Below are positions 1-13,051 of a DNA stretch of 64,000 nt, in pieces. This stretch comes from Microthyrium microscopicum (taxonomy: Eukaryota). The DNA lies in contig MU004240.1 in assembly GCA_010405405.1 (NCBI GenBank), positions 960,882 to 1,024,881 on the forward strand, given 5' to 3'. The first letter of the stretch is position 1, and each line of letters starts with the position of its first letter. The translations under genes and the position numbers were made by a program. The notes under the pieces were generated by a model, which was not told the origin of the DNA, ran no database searches, and was given only the letters and a program-made list of their open reading frames with translations.

Positions 1-3000
1 GTCTAAATTAATTATAATAGTATACTTAATAAAAGATAACTTTATTATTAGAAATAGGTCGTTCTAAGTAGGTAAAGACTATAATTATTATAGTTCAAGT
101 AAATATATAAAAATAGGGACAAGAGTAATTACTAGGGAGTTACTTAGACCCCTATAATCTCTCTTCTTTATTACTTAAAGCTATAAAGACTCTACTAAGC
201 TATCTATATTTATAATAGGTTATTATTAGTTAACCTAACTAATAATACTTTATCCTATATAAATGTATCCTATTAGTAGTTATCTTAAACTAGAGGTATC
301 CTAGTTCCTAATATTTATAGTATATAATAATATATAAAAAAAAAAGAATATAATTTTTATAGAGTTATATAGCACTACGTAATATTCTAGGTAATAATAA
401 AAGAAGAATTCTAGTATAACTATACTAAGTAATATATTTTATTATATTTACGTAGGTAGGTAGAATATAGTTCTAGTAATAAAATCTTTTAGTTTAATAA
501 CTTCTTTAAAAAGTTAAAATATAAAGAAGACTTTTCTAGTAAATATATATAGTATAAATATTAATATATAAATATATAATTCTATTAAAGTTATACCTTT
601 ATAATATATATTTACGTAATAAAAGCTTAAGAGATAATACTACGTTCCTTTATAAGAAGCTTATTTATATTACTCTAAAGTATTTATTACTTAAGCTAAT
701 TATTCTCCTACTCTTCTACTCTATTAATAAGGATCTTAAGCAATAAAATATTAAATAGAATTACTAATAAGAGTATAAGTCTATAACTCTAAGGGTTATA
801 TAAGAATAATCTAAGAATTCTAGTAGAATTATATAATTCCCTCTTATTTCTTATAGAATTAAATAGTTTAATTAGTTTATTTAGTTTAATAAGAACGCTT
901 TTGCCTAATAGGATATTTTTCTATAGCTTAGAGATATCTATAACCTTATTAGATAAAGTACCCTAAGAAAATATTTTATTAGTAATATAAATAAGTAAGG
1001 TTAGTCCTATAGAGAATATCCTAAAATATAAGTAGAAATTAAGTATAAATTATATATAAATAATCTAAGAGTTCTAATAGAATTATATAGTTCTCTTTAG
1101 TTAACTATAAAATAATCTTTACGAAATTAAATATCTATAATTCTAAGAATAAAGCATAATATATTAGATAATATTAGAATAAAATAGTAAACTTATATTA
1201 AATTAACTATGAGACTATAAAAGCTTTAAGGATCTTAAAGAATTCTAAAGTAATTCTAATTACTACTCTAGCTTAAAAAAATAAAAGAGACCTAAAATAT
1301 ATACCTAAGAAGACGCTATATAACTTTATATAAGATAAGCTAATATAATTATAGTAGAATTATACTTATTAATAAGAAAAGTTAAAAAAAAAACTAAAAA
1401 AGTTAGAAAAGGAATTAAAGAAGTTAGATAAGCTAAAAGAATTAGAAGAAGAGTTACTATTAGCTAGAATTATATTAAAATTATATAAGCGCTTTAAAGA
1501 GAAATATATAAGAGCTACTAAAAGAGCTAAAGATAGAAATACCTTTAAGTAAAAGTAGAGTAAGTAGAGATAGAGTAAGTACTAAAGTTCTATTAGAATT
1601 ACGTACTATATAGTAGAGAAAGCTTATAAAAGCTACTAAAAGAGCTACTAGAGAAGCTACTAAAAAAGCTACTAAAGGAGCTAAAGATAAGAATACTTTA
1701 AGATAAAAGTATAATAGATACTAGAGTTCTATTAAAATTACGTATAATATTATAAAGAGAGCTTATAATTACTATTATTTTTAAACTCTAAGCTACTAAA
1801 TAAGCTACTAAATAAGTTAGAGGTATTACTACTTTTAAGTAAAATGAGTACTAGAATTCTATTAGAATTATATATAAAATAGTAGAAAGAGCTTACTATT
1901 AACTTTACTTTTAAGCTTAAAGCTACTATCTAAGTTATCTAAAGAACTATTATCTTTAGAGATAGCTATATTAATAATAGCTATATTTCTATTAAAATTA
2001 TATATAACTATTAGTAAATAAGGCATATAATAAAGTAAATTAGAGTAGTCCTCTTTAGTATTAAAGCCTAACTAAGAAAGAAAAGATATAGATTTAATAA
2101 TATCTAAAATTATATAAGAATTATGTAAGCTACGTAGAAGATAATATTAATAGTTAATCTTTTAATACTTTAGCGTTAAGGTAAGAGAGAGATTAAACTT
2201 AGAATTCTTATTAGAGTTAAAGTTAAGAAAATAAGCTAGAATTATAAGTAAATTATACTTTTTATCTTAAAAAAAATATATAGTATATTATATAAGCCTT
2301 CTACTTAAAAAATATAATATTCTTAGCTAGATAGGTTAAAGAATTATAAAAGAACTTTATAAAAATTAATACTTATAAGTATTACTATGCTTTTATAGTA
2401 CCTATCCTAGCTAAAAAAGATTAGCTATACTTAAGAAAACTATAATAGAATTATAAGCTTACTATCTTAGAGAAGAAAGAGGAAGTACTATTAATAGCCT
2501 AGAAGTATATTAGTTAACTCTATAGTTATAGTAATTATAATAGAATTATACTTATATAGTAATAAAAGTAAGAACTATACTTCTTAGTAAATAAATTGCC
2601 TTTTTTAGTATTACTAAGCCTAATAATAGATTAGTTCTATAATTCTTATATAATTATAGTAAGTACTTATACTAAGGTCTCTAGCTTAATTATTATAATA
2701 TTATATAAGCTAATAAGTAGTAAGTATTTATATATAAGTTAAGAGGAAGTAGTACAGTAGTAGTACTTACGATCTCGCGGCAGGCCCTACCTATTTAAGA
2801 ATCCGCAGAGTATAGATTTAATTCCTATCTTCCTTACCACCCTAAAAAGGTAATTATTACTTGCTTTTAAAGCTACGTTTACTCCTTTTTAGAGAAGGTT
2901 ATCCTTTCCTTTTTAGTAAGTATAGAGGACAAGCTATAGCTCTTTTTAATACGTTATAAAAGGTACAAATTTTTATATTACGTAACTACTATATATAGCT

Positions 3001-5255
3001 ATAAAATCATTCTTATTAAAGCTCTACTAATAATAACGAACTAGCGTTAAAAATTACATAATTAGAAACTAGCTACACGGCACGCAAAGCTATATAAAAA
3101 TAAAGCCACAACATCGCTAAAGCGTAGCAAATTCGGCATGCCAAAGCCAATTCTTTTACGGCTCTTAGCAATTAAATCAAAGGAGCGGCCTTAGCTTAGT
3201 AAGCCCAAAATCTAGCCGCAATTAGTTAAGGCAAAGATCAGACCAAACGACACGACAGTAAATTACAGGATCTAGGAACACTACGGCTCAGTAAGTACAG
3301 TGCCCACGGGTTAGCAATACGGCGCTATAGGAAAAGTTAACAAACTTAAGGGAGGTAACCTAGAACACGCTAGTCCAAAGGGCCCTAGATCTCAGCTTAA
3401 AAGCAAAACACAGCGTAGACAGATAGCTCTTAGTAGACTATTAGCGCTACCTTAGACTTAGTATTACAGCACAAATAGAGGAATCTAACATAATAACAAA
3501 GAAGGAATCTTAGCCCCTTAAGGAACGACAATATTAGCAACTTCAAAAACTTAAAGCAGTAGACTAAACGAAAGAATAATAACCTATAATAAATACTAGC
3601 CTAGAGAGGTGCTACGGTTAGATACTACCTAGAATTTAGCTCTCCTAACCTACTAATACTTTCATAGCTTAAGAAGCTAATAGAGCTTAGCATAGTATTA
3701 TTAGCCTTAGTATAGATTAGCCTATAAAACATAATAGTAAGGTTTTCCCTTATATAGTTAGCGCCTTAGTTTACTAAACATATAGAGATTAGCTAAAGCT
3801 AGACTAGGCCTTAGGCCTAGAGCAAGCTATACTTAGCTAGATTTAGGTAGATTAGCTAATTAGATAAGGGTTTTTACCCGCTTATTAAGAGTAGCGTCTA
3901 TATAGCCTATTAGCGTAGCTGAAAGATAATAAAACAAGATTTAATATATATAAGTTAAAATTATGCTAGAATTATAGAAAGCTAACTTACTTATATTTAA
4001 TCTTTACCTTTATATTATAGAAGTAGAGATTATAAACAAATATAATATAAATACTAATAATTATAAGAGAAATCTAGTAATATATTAAAAAGTAACTTAT
4101 ATCTTAGTAGAAGTCTTTTTATCTTCTCCTAATTAACTTATACTAATAGAATAAGCTTTATTAAGTTAGTAAAAGTATAGTAGAATTCTAATAAAAAACA
4201 AACTAGCTCTAAAATAGTAAATATAAATATAGGCGTAAATCTTAAGTAACGTTAGTAGAAGATTAATATAATTCTATAAGAACTTCTATAGTATTACTTT
4301 TATAAGGATAACTATACTAGATTAACTTATTAGATGTATTCTTATCTAGGACTATAATAAGGTAGCTATAATAGAATTATAAGCTAATTATATTTAGTTA
4401 TAGGAAATATAGCCTTCTTTATATTCTAATATTAGCGTAAGAAAGTAACTTAAGTAATAAATTTATATTATCTTATACTATTAGCTTAGTAAAGCATAAT
4501 TCTAACGTAATTACTTATTATTTTCTTTAGCATTAAGTATTAAGATAGAGTAGCCTTTTTAAACCTTATCTAACTTAGCTTTCTAAGCTTATATAGCTAT
4601 AGAATTATAAGTAAATTATACTTTTAAGAATAGTAATAGATATTTATATAAAATAATAGCGCCTTTATTAAGGTTAAGAAAAGCTCCTAAGATTCTTATT
4701 AGTATATAATTATAATTACGTTAGAATTCTATACTAATATATTAACTAAATTATATCTTAAAATTTTTTCTAATAGTATTAATATACCTATTAGTAAATT
4801 TAGCGTATAATGCTTAGATATTTAGAGCTATTAAAATTATATTAGAATTATGTAGGTACTTTAGTATAAATAAGAATAATAATTAACTTTACTTAAAAGA
4901 TTAATTTAAAGATAAAATAGAATAAAATAAAGAAATTAAAGAATTATAATAGAATTCTATTATTATTTATTTTACTATCTTAAATCTACTACTAGAATAT
5001 TATTTTTCTATACTCTTTTAGTATACTAAAAGATTCTTATTCTCTTTAGGCTTAGGTATCTTTAATTATAAATATATATACTAAAGTTAATTAATATATA
5101 CTAAGTATTTTAAAATAAGTTATAAAAAGCTAGTAGAATTATAATAGAATTAATTATTAATAATATAATTTAGACTCTCTAAATAGCTTAGTAGCGTTAC
5201 GTCTTTTTCTAATTTAGGCTCTCTATAAAAAGTAATTTAGGTTTAGGAACTTTAA
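1..5255. mobile_element. RIP-degraded AT-rich repeat/transposon block (element family not identifiable)
   Basis: Very AT-rich, saturated with TpA, almost devoid of TpG and (outside ~2760-3900) CpA. No ORF >=60 aa in the track. Sharp transition to normal composition near 5255. This is the classic RIP signature. Confidence 0.9.
1465..2010 (+). repeat. Imperfect tandem repeat, about 5 units of 118-139 bp, inside the RIP block
   Basis: Core TTCTATTARAATTAYRTA at ~1588, 1727, 1857, 1987, with a variant at ~1470. Internal AGCTACTAAA sub-repeats at 1630-1680 and 1790-1815. Confidence 0.7.
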
Positions 5256-5685
5256 GGGTTCCAGAGTCTAAACCCGCTAAGCATTTCGTGGCGCACCCAA
5301 ATCGCTATTACATCATGAGATTCTGGTGCTGTCAAGTAGGGACCATATCGAATTGCTAAACTTGGGCAGCAGCTCTCGGTCATGCTAAGTTGCTAACAGA
5401 CACTGGAAATAAGGGGCCACCAAGCACGAAAATGGGACAAGGTTGAGAGCTTGTCTTAGTCATGTTGAAATAGGCCCTAAATTATGTTCCCAGCCTCATC
5501 TTCAACGTCATTGTATTCTTGGGCGAGAGTCCACGCAAAAACAAATGTCGAGGATGTTCATGTCGATATGGTTGTGGATGTTCTGTAGAAGAGTCGTTGC
5601 TGGCCATGCACATTTCGTCTTCGATGTCTCTTTCATTCCAAAATAGATGTCTACTTCACCATGAGACCGACCATCTCTACAATTC

Positions 5686-8600
5686 TCACGAGACATTCTC
5701 CAGGGCATTCGAAAGCATCATATCACAATGTGTCCGTATATCTCTGTCCTGCAGCACCTCGTACATAGACCTCAACTCGTTCAAAGACGTCGGCGGGTCC
5801 TGAGAAGCCAGCGCCCCAATCGTCAACAACATAAATCTCTTCGAGTGAGGCACCATTGTCCAGCCACGAGAGTATACCGATTTGACCCTCTCTACATCAC
5901 CATGTGCCAGCTCGAACTGCATATACATAACCCACAGCATCGGCGAGTGTTGTCCTTGCTTGTTTTTCACTCCTCGTTCAAACAATGCTCGCACTGAGTG
6001 CATGTTTGCCTCTGCGCCGGCATCGTATTGGACTTCTGCCCAGATTGCGAATATCCAATCAGAGAGTAGGTTGCGATTTTTGCTGCCTACTTCCATGCGT
6101 ATGGGAGATAGCAAGTGGCCAGGGAGCTTAGAACGTGGTCGGTGTTTTACGAAGGCTTCTAGAATCATCGTATTGCCTGGGAACGCATTAAAATTTCGTT
6201 GTAAGATTTTGCCGATGTTTGTTGGAATATGTTTTCCATGCGTTTTAGGCTTTGCTTGGTGGTAATTCAAGAATGATGTCCAAGATTGGTGAAGTAGCTC
6301 GCGAGATACGTTGTGGCTGGTATTGTCGGGGTCCAACAGAGCTAATGATTCTTCATAATTTTCAGAAGCCTGGGATAGCTTTTTGCTGGTTGTTAGATAT
6401 GTTAGTAGCATGCGAAGCTCTGCTATAATCAGGAAGCCTTCTGGATTTTGTTTCGAAATATGCTCTAGAGCAAGCTTCTCAAACTCCTGGTCAAGTGCGA
6501 CAACAAATTCGAGTTGAACAGGCTCCACACTCTTTGGAAATGGAAATGCACTCTACATCCGGTTAGCAAGCAAATCTTTGGATAGTTGTAGGAGAGAACA
6601 TACTTTGCCTTTGACATACGACACCAGTAAATGCATTGCAGCGTCGTCATTACCAATCTCGAGCTGTTGCCAAACCCATGTTTGCCAGAGTAGAACAACT
6701 ACCAATTGATTCTTTGCGTCTAGGGGTTTGCTATTTTCTATAGCCGTAGATAGAACTTTATTAGCCGACTCCATTTTGCCTCGATGTCCTTCGATTATGG
6801 CATAGGCATTGTATAACCGAAGACTAGATAGCGACTTCTTAAGTAACCTTTTGGCCTCTTTCGCTGCTTCATTGGCATTCCAGTGCTCCAGGACGAACGC
6901 GACGTAGTACTCTGCAAATTCATCATTCGACACAAATTTTGTAGCGATTGAATGCAAAATATTACGCAGCCATGACTTGTCGATAAGCAGTGGAAGATTA
7001 AAGGCTCCACGAAAAAGCTCTTGTGTAGTGAGCAGACGCGACTTGAAGGCTGCAGGTAATGAGTCTTTAGTACTAACGATTTTCCAAAGATCATGATGCT
7101 GGACATGTAAAAAGTCTCCAGACCAGCGGTTTGGAGTCTTTGTTGAGAATAAGGACGATATCAAAGGAGGGAGGCCAAAGTGATCAAGAAAGGCTTCCAC
7201 AAGGTGTGCAGGCTCCACCAAGCTCACATTATCGACTTCATTGAACGGAATCGTCGACAAGACAGGTTCCAAGTCTGCAAAGAATATCGTATGGAAGAAG
7301 TCGCCAGCGGGTGTTTTGTCTTGAGTTCGACCTGGTCGCTACGAAATGATTAGTCTACAGTTCCGCGGAAGATTCGTTTAAGAAATATAGAGTGGATTAC
7401 AGAAGCTTACCCATAATTCGTCCTCCAGTCTCCATTCCAGCTCGACAAATCGTTTCATAATGTCTTTGGTAGGCTTTAGACTCTCTGCTTCGACAGTCAC
7501 CTCTGCCAATTGCTCAGTCTGCTCAGCTCCGGGATTATAGCTGGGCCAAGAAGCATTGGGACTTTCGCCTAATCGTGCTCCCTCACTTCGCCAGAATTGA
7601 CCAAAAAGTTCTAGATTTGTGACGTTTTCCGGTAAGGATGTACGACTATGAAGACACAAGTCGAGAGCTGATTGCCAAAGAGCGACGTTTAGTTCGCCGT
7701 AACCGCATTCGCGTATTAGGTTGCAGAGCTGAAGAAATACGTGGGCATACTTCCCCGAAAGATCAATTCGTTTGGAATCAGCTAGATCAGCTGCGGAAAG
7801 TTGTTCACGCAAATATAGCAAGATGTCGATATAATCGGCATTGGATCTTTCTGTACAGGCAGGACAAGTTAGCATACCTGTGGCTTATTTCCACGCGGAC
7901 TGAGAGGAAGCGCTTACTGTAAAAGAAGCTGAACGGCTTTTTCAGGAATGCCTCAACTCGCATGAGCCGGAGAGCAATGCTGTCTGGTCGAGCGTTGATG
8001 ACTTTAAGCCAACTTCGGACCAAGTTATCCTCGTCAACTCCCACGGGCGTTTGTTCCATCATGCCAATCAAGAGATTCTCTTCTGCCTCTTTATTCGCAG
8101 ACATAGCCTTCAGTGCGTCTCTGTATACCATTGTCCTATTGTCGTGGAGTTTCTTCTGTTCCGATGGACTCAAATCCGCAGCGCGGTCGTATTGTGCACT
8201 ATTCCCTGTTAGATAAACTATCGCCTCAGATTCTGTCTACGAGAAATGAATAGCATTTACTCCCATAAAGGAAGGAGCCTGTGAAGTATACTTTTCAACT
8301 ACCGCAGCAGGAACAAAAGTTTGTTTTTGTCAGTTTATACCACCAAACCGCAAAATCAGATATCAGAGGGCCTGTTGAGAATGAAGACACCCGGGGCGAA
8401 CTAACCTTCGAATCACCTCCTCCTGGTGATCAATTAAATTCAACCAATTTGAGATGTTATGCGGGTCATCCAAAGTTAAGCGCTCTAATCGCATGTTGAG
8501 TTTCTCTGCCCATTTCCAGGTTGGCTCCTTCTCTGAATCTGCATCCACGGACGGCCTATCTACGGGCTTGATAGCTTTTTGAGCGAAGTGTAAGGGACCG

Positions 8601-9407
8601 GATTGATTCGAGTCATCAGAGTCGTCGTGGGCTTCGTCCTCATCAGAAGCGGCGGTTTCCCTGTCGTCCAGAGGTGCGTAATCTGCTCCATGATCAAGTT
8701 TTGTCTTAAGAGGAGCAAGTTTGAATGTTTCGCGTATCGCCTTGTGCTTTCGAAGTACAGGTGGACCGGGTTTCTCCAATACAAAGGGGTTGTCGATGAC
8801 AAGGTGTTTGTTCGTTGAAAGGGTGCGGTCGATCTTTTTTCGGGGATGAATTCCTACCACACTTCCCCAGCCGCGTCTATAGTATCTTGGGACTTTTGAC
8901 TGTTCTAAACTTCCATATTTGATATTGAGAGGGTCGCCTTTGCGGTCAATGAAGAAAGAATCCTCGTCTTCATAGTCGGCTTGGCGTTTAGGTAAAAGAT
9001 GGCTGACTGTTCTCGAGGATATCGAGTCACGCTCTGCTCTACGAGAGTAAGAGAGTTGTCCTTCTCGAACATACTCTTCTTCGTCATGAAGTCGTCTTCG
9101 ATCTTGGGTCTTCTCTCTCACCCGATGTCGCGATTTATCATCTTTCTTGTCATCACGCGTTCGTTTGAGCCGGTCACCAAGGCTTAGTGCACCGTCTCTT
9201 TCATGGCGACGCGCTCGTTTCTTTTCTCTATCTTGATCGATACGGTCTTCAGAAACACTATGGTCGTCTAGTCGCGACCTGGCACTGTCTATGGCTCGCT
9301 TGGGCTTGAAACTAGAGAACTTTGGCACTGATCGAGTTTCCTACATTTCACCGATGATTAGCAGTCATCCATTATTGAAGGACAGATGTTTTTACCTTTT
9401 CAGCCAT
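5686..9407 (-). CDS. NRDE2: NRDE-2 family (Nrl1-like) nuclear RNA-processing protein, multi-exon
   Basis: ATG at 9407 (MAEK, then intron). Basic N-terminus, motif FFIDRKGDPLNIKYGSLEQSKVPRYYR, W-rich HAT-like helical repeats, and C-terminal VRALFERGV...SPMLWVMYMQFE...VPHSKRFML. Five collinear minus-strand ORFs linked by GT-AG introns. Confidence 0.88.
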
Positions 9408-10008
9408 ATCTAATTGATGGATGTTGTTTGTTGTCCATGTAGTTCGGTGGAAGTGTTCCGAGCCGAGATCTGCAAGTCGGGATGCCGATTTAGAGGCAAA
9501 TTTGTCAGACTCACTGTCTCACACTAGTGAAGTAGCTGAAACTCAACACCACAGCTTCACTCACCCCTTCCTATCTGGGTAATCATCGAAGAACAATTTC
9601 ATTGCCATGCACGAAGCCAGCCCTTTCGGAATGTCTATTCTTGATGCTATCGTGGACTATCTTTTGTATCTCGACAAATGAAGCGAGAGATACAGTCATT
9701 TGTCCTCTCCTTCCGAGGTCTTTGCGATATACGGAGTAGATCCCTGCATCTCGCATATAAAGATATGACACACAGCTCAATACAGCTTTCGGATACATGT
9801 AGTCGTAATAGCGCAATAGTGACGTTATCTCTTGATTGCGCTCTGGTCTAGTGCTTTGAGGGCACATGCAGTCTGCTCTGCGCGAAGAATATCATTTAAA
9901 GGCTCAGGTCTTCTTACAACCATTCACAGCATGTAAGAGCTCTTTATCAACCCGCTGGATTTGGTCCTGCATTTGTCACTCACCGGTGCACCATTTAGAA
10001 GCTGCAAG

Positions 10009-10759
10009 ATGTCCATTGCTACATGTTGTGTTACTGGATTTCAGTGGGCAGGTACTCCTTCCGGGTGAATCAATAAACTTGCTTCTCTCAACACCTGGGT
10101 ATGTTAGCGGCGACAATTCGAATGTGGCAATCCTTATCATGCCTGACCTACTAGGCTGAAAGTACCCGAATGTCCGACTTTTGGCAGACCATTATGCCCG
10201 AGAAGTAGACGCAATTGTCTTTGTTCCGGATTTCTTTGATGGCGAAGAACTTCCCTTTGAACCTGTAGACAAAGGGCGATGGCAAGAGGTTGATATTGGA
10301 GGGTTCATGCAAAGACATGGACGAGACACTTCTGAGCCCTTCATCTTTGAATGCGCGTGCGCCCTTCGCAAGCAATATAAGATCGTTGAAGCTGTCGGAT
10401 TTTGCTATAATGGATGGGCCGCTTTTCGTCTTGGAGCTAAAGAGCATGGAAAACCTCTACTCGATCGTATCACCGTTGGACACCCCAGTCTGTTGACGAA
10501 GAAAGATATCAATGAGGTTGCCGTACCAATTCAAATACTAGACCCCGAGCTGGACCCGGTCTACACAGTGGACCTGAAGACATACACATCTCAAACCCTG
10601 CAACAATTGAATGTTTCATTTGACTACCAATATTTTCCTGGAGTTGAACACGCTTGTCTAGTCCGAGGCGATCCTGGCAAACCCGGTGAGCACGAAGCAA
10701 TGATCAGGGGCAAGAATGCAGCCGTCAATTGGCTGCAACAATTCTGCCGCCGTCCATGA
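10009..10759 (+). pseudogene. Dienelactone hydrolase family pseudogene
   Basis: MSIATCCVTGFQWAGTPSG* (TGA 10066-68), then a frameshift at ~10096-99, then a second TGA at 10157-59 in LLG*KYPNVRLLADHYA. The downstream part retains VGFCY, HPS and YFPGVEH motifs. Confidence 0.88.
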
Positions 10760-11314
10760 GCCGCCTGTTGAATTGAAATTGGTCACATCAAGATTCTGTA
10801 CATCGGCTCAGGTCAGATTGACAACTTCGCCACAAGTTAAGACAGCTGATCACAGTCAAATCTTCAAGGGTTTAGTTATATTTATACAACGTTTTTGTTT
10901 CTGGAATTGATCTATATATCTAGACAAAGGCCTATTCTCAAATGGTCACTGTCCCTTTCCGACAAACAAGTACAGCTTTTGTATACCTATATACAGAATG
11001 AACTTGCCAACGACCATCGAACGACTCTCGTGCTAGAACATAACTCAGACAGACTACGGCTGCGAATGCAGAGCATTTTATACTTGGGATTTTATAACAA
11101 CTAAGAACTGACCATGGATATCAAATATATATTTCTGACTAGGGCTGGCGTAGTGAGTACAAGATGGGCGATTTAAATGATAGCTATGGATGAATGATAT
11201 TTGGTATTGATACTTTGTAACAGCTATTGAGTATAAGAAATAAGGAACTAACAAAGGGAAAGCAGGCTCAGGGGGATCTACTTAGATCCAACTCCGATGA
11301 ATCTCACCGGCTTC

Positions 11315-12634
11315 TCAGGTTTTGATCGGCCGGCCGATCCATACGGCGGAGTCTTTTGTACGCCAGGCCTGAAGTTTGATCCAGGAGTGATAATAACTGA
11401 AAATTATCATAGCAGGAAGATACTTCAAATCTGAAGGCTGGCGTACGAAGTGTGGAAGAGGTTTGGCTATCTTGGATGCAAAGATCCAGAGACCCATTGC
11501 ATACATGGCATACATTGTCCAGGGTGAGTTCCCCATGGCTTTGTAAAGTAGCATAAGCAGCATTGGATCCCAGACCAGAGCAAAATTGATCAGATTGCTG
11601 AAAAAGACAGCATACCAGGACCAAGGGAATCGTTTGCGAACCAAAGGATCAACAATCATTTTACGATTCTCCTTGATGGAGGTTCTCATCCACCGAAGGC
11701 ACTGACCAAAGAATTTCTTTGGGTCGCCAACTGTAGTATAGATCATACCTGCATCCGAGTACTGGATGCGAATATCCCAGCCTTGTTGGTACATCCAGCG
11801 AGTTAGCCACTTATCGTCACCAACGCTGACAATTTCAGACTTACCAGTAGCAGGATTGAACGTGGTTTCGTTCAAAAACGCATGCTGTAGGTCTGCAGAT
11901 GCCAGGATTGAAGTACGATAAGCTGCCGCACGACCCGATAGAGTGGAAAGTCCGCCGTCAATAGACGTGGTTCCCACCATATCGAAGTTACGGCGCTCGA
12001 GATAGATGACGCCCAGGAAGTTGACGAAATCCCGCCAGCAGAAGCCCGCGTTGATGCGAACCACCCGTTTTTTGGTACCTACGCCACCAATGTTGTCCAT
12101 CTCGAACGGTGCCACAACCTCCTCAAGAAACTGAGGTCCTAGGAAGACGTGGTCATCGATAGTAACAATGATGGCGGTATTGGCAGCGTTGACACCACAG
12201 ATAATCTGCTCGCGCTTGTTAGCTTTAGGAGCCTCCAATACTCGCCAGTTCGAGTATGATAAAGACTTGCATGCGAGCTCGGCTTGCTCGATGTTTGGCT
12301 TACCTACCGTGACAATGAGGACCTCGAAAGGCTTGTTGATCAAGGCGTTATTGACGGTACCTTGAAAGTCGGGGTTGGCTGGGTCAACTGTGGGAATGAT
12401 GATCGTACAGTCATGAGGACTATACTTAGGATCAGGAATTTTTGGTGCATCCTTGAAGGTTAAGTATGCAAAGCAATGGACGACGAAGCGAGCATACCTA
12501 AAGAGGAATGCTGCAACGAAGAGAGCTATGAGAAGTGCTGGGAACATACTTGGAATACCAGCGTGTCTGTTGTGATTGGTTTGTGAGATTTTTTCGAGGC
12601 AGCTGATGGTAATTATTGGAGGATGTGGACTCAT
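11315..12634 (-). CDS. Processive glycosyltransferase family 2, CPS1/hyaluronan-synthase-like polysaccharide synthase (intronless; start may be the later Met of MFPALL)
   Basis: N-terminal TM segment. D,D,D,QxxRW signature (PTVD, IDDH, GDD, QCLRW), LSGRAAAYR, and C-terminal TM helices. Confidence 0.88.
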   Translation of the reverse strand: MSPHPPIITISCLEKISQTNHNRHAGIPSMFPALLIALFVAAFLFRYARFVVHCFAYLTFKDAPKIPDPKYSPHDCTIIIPTVDPANPDFQGTVNNALINKPFEVLIVTVGKPNIEQAELACKSLSYSNWRVLEAPKANKREQIICGVNAANTAIIVTIDDHVFLGPQFLEEVVAPFEMDNIGGVGTKKRVVRINAGFCWRDFVNFLGVIYLERRNFDMVGTTSIDGGLSTLSGRAAAYRTSILASADLQHAFLNETTFNPATGKSEIVSVGDDKWLTRWMYQQGWDIRIQYSDAGMIYTTVGDPKKFFGQCLRWMRTSIKENRKMIVDPLVRKRFPWSWYAVFFSNLINFALVWDPMLLMLLYKAMGNSPWTMYAMYAMGLWIFASKIAKPLPHFVRQPSDLKYLPAMIIFSYYHSWIKLQAWRTKDSAVWIGRPIKT

Positions 12635-13051
12635 TCGAGTCTATAAATTGATAATCATACTCAATTGACAATGGCAATGTATTCACATATGGTCCTTCAA
12701 AGTCTCGTAATCGCGAGGTACATTGGTACTCTCCGTATTTAATGTTAGACTATGTCTTGTGAATCGAAAAGAACAAGTCTTTGTCACAGTGAGCTACAAT
12801 GGCTTTGTCAATACAACTGGGCAAATCAAGACAAAGATTGGCCTATCTCTAAAAGCATTTAGTACTAATAAATCCCATCTTCACAGCACAACCGGAACTT
12901 ATGGGTCTACCGCGATATCATGCATGAACTCCCCAACTCCGAGCTAATACTTGGTGCGAACTACCTATGTTACCTATCGCATCTACAATTAATGTGAATC
13001 CTATTTCTGCGTCCCAAATCCAAGCGCGGTCGACGACTCTTGACAGTTGTA

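Noticed and set aside
1465..2010. De-RIPed repeat core reads F-C-W-N-C-V, suggesting repeated zinc-binding motifs
   Set aside because: Unit spacings (118, 139, 130, 130) are not multiples of three, and TA>TG reversion inherently creates Cys and Trp codons.
5213..5260. TTTAGG/TTAAGGG repeats at the RIP boundary as telomere relics or element terminus
   Set aside because: Only 3-4 imperfect copies, easily produced in RIP-biased sequence. No partner end in the window.
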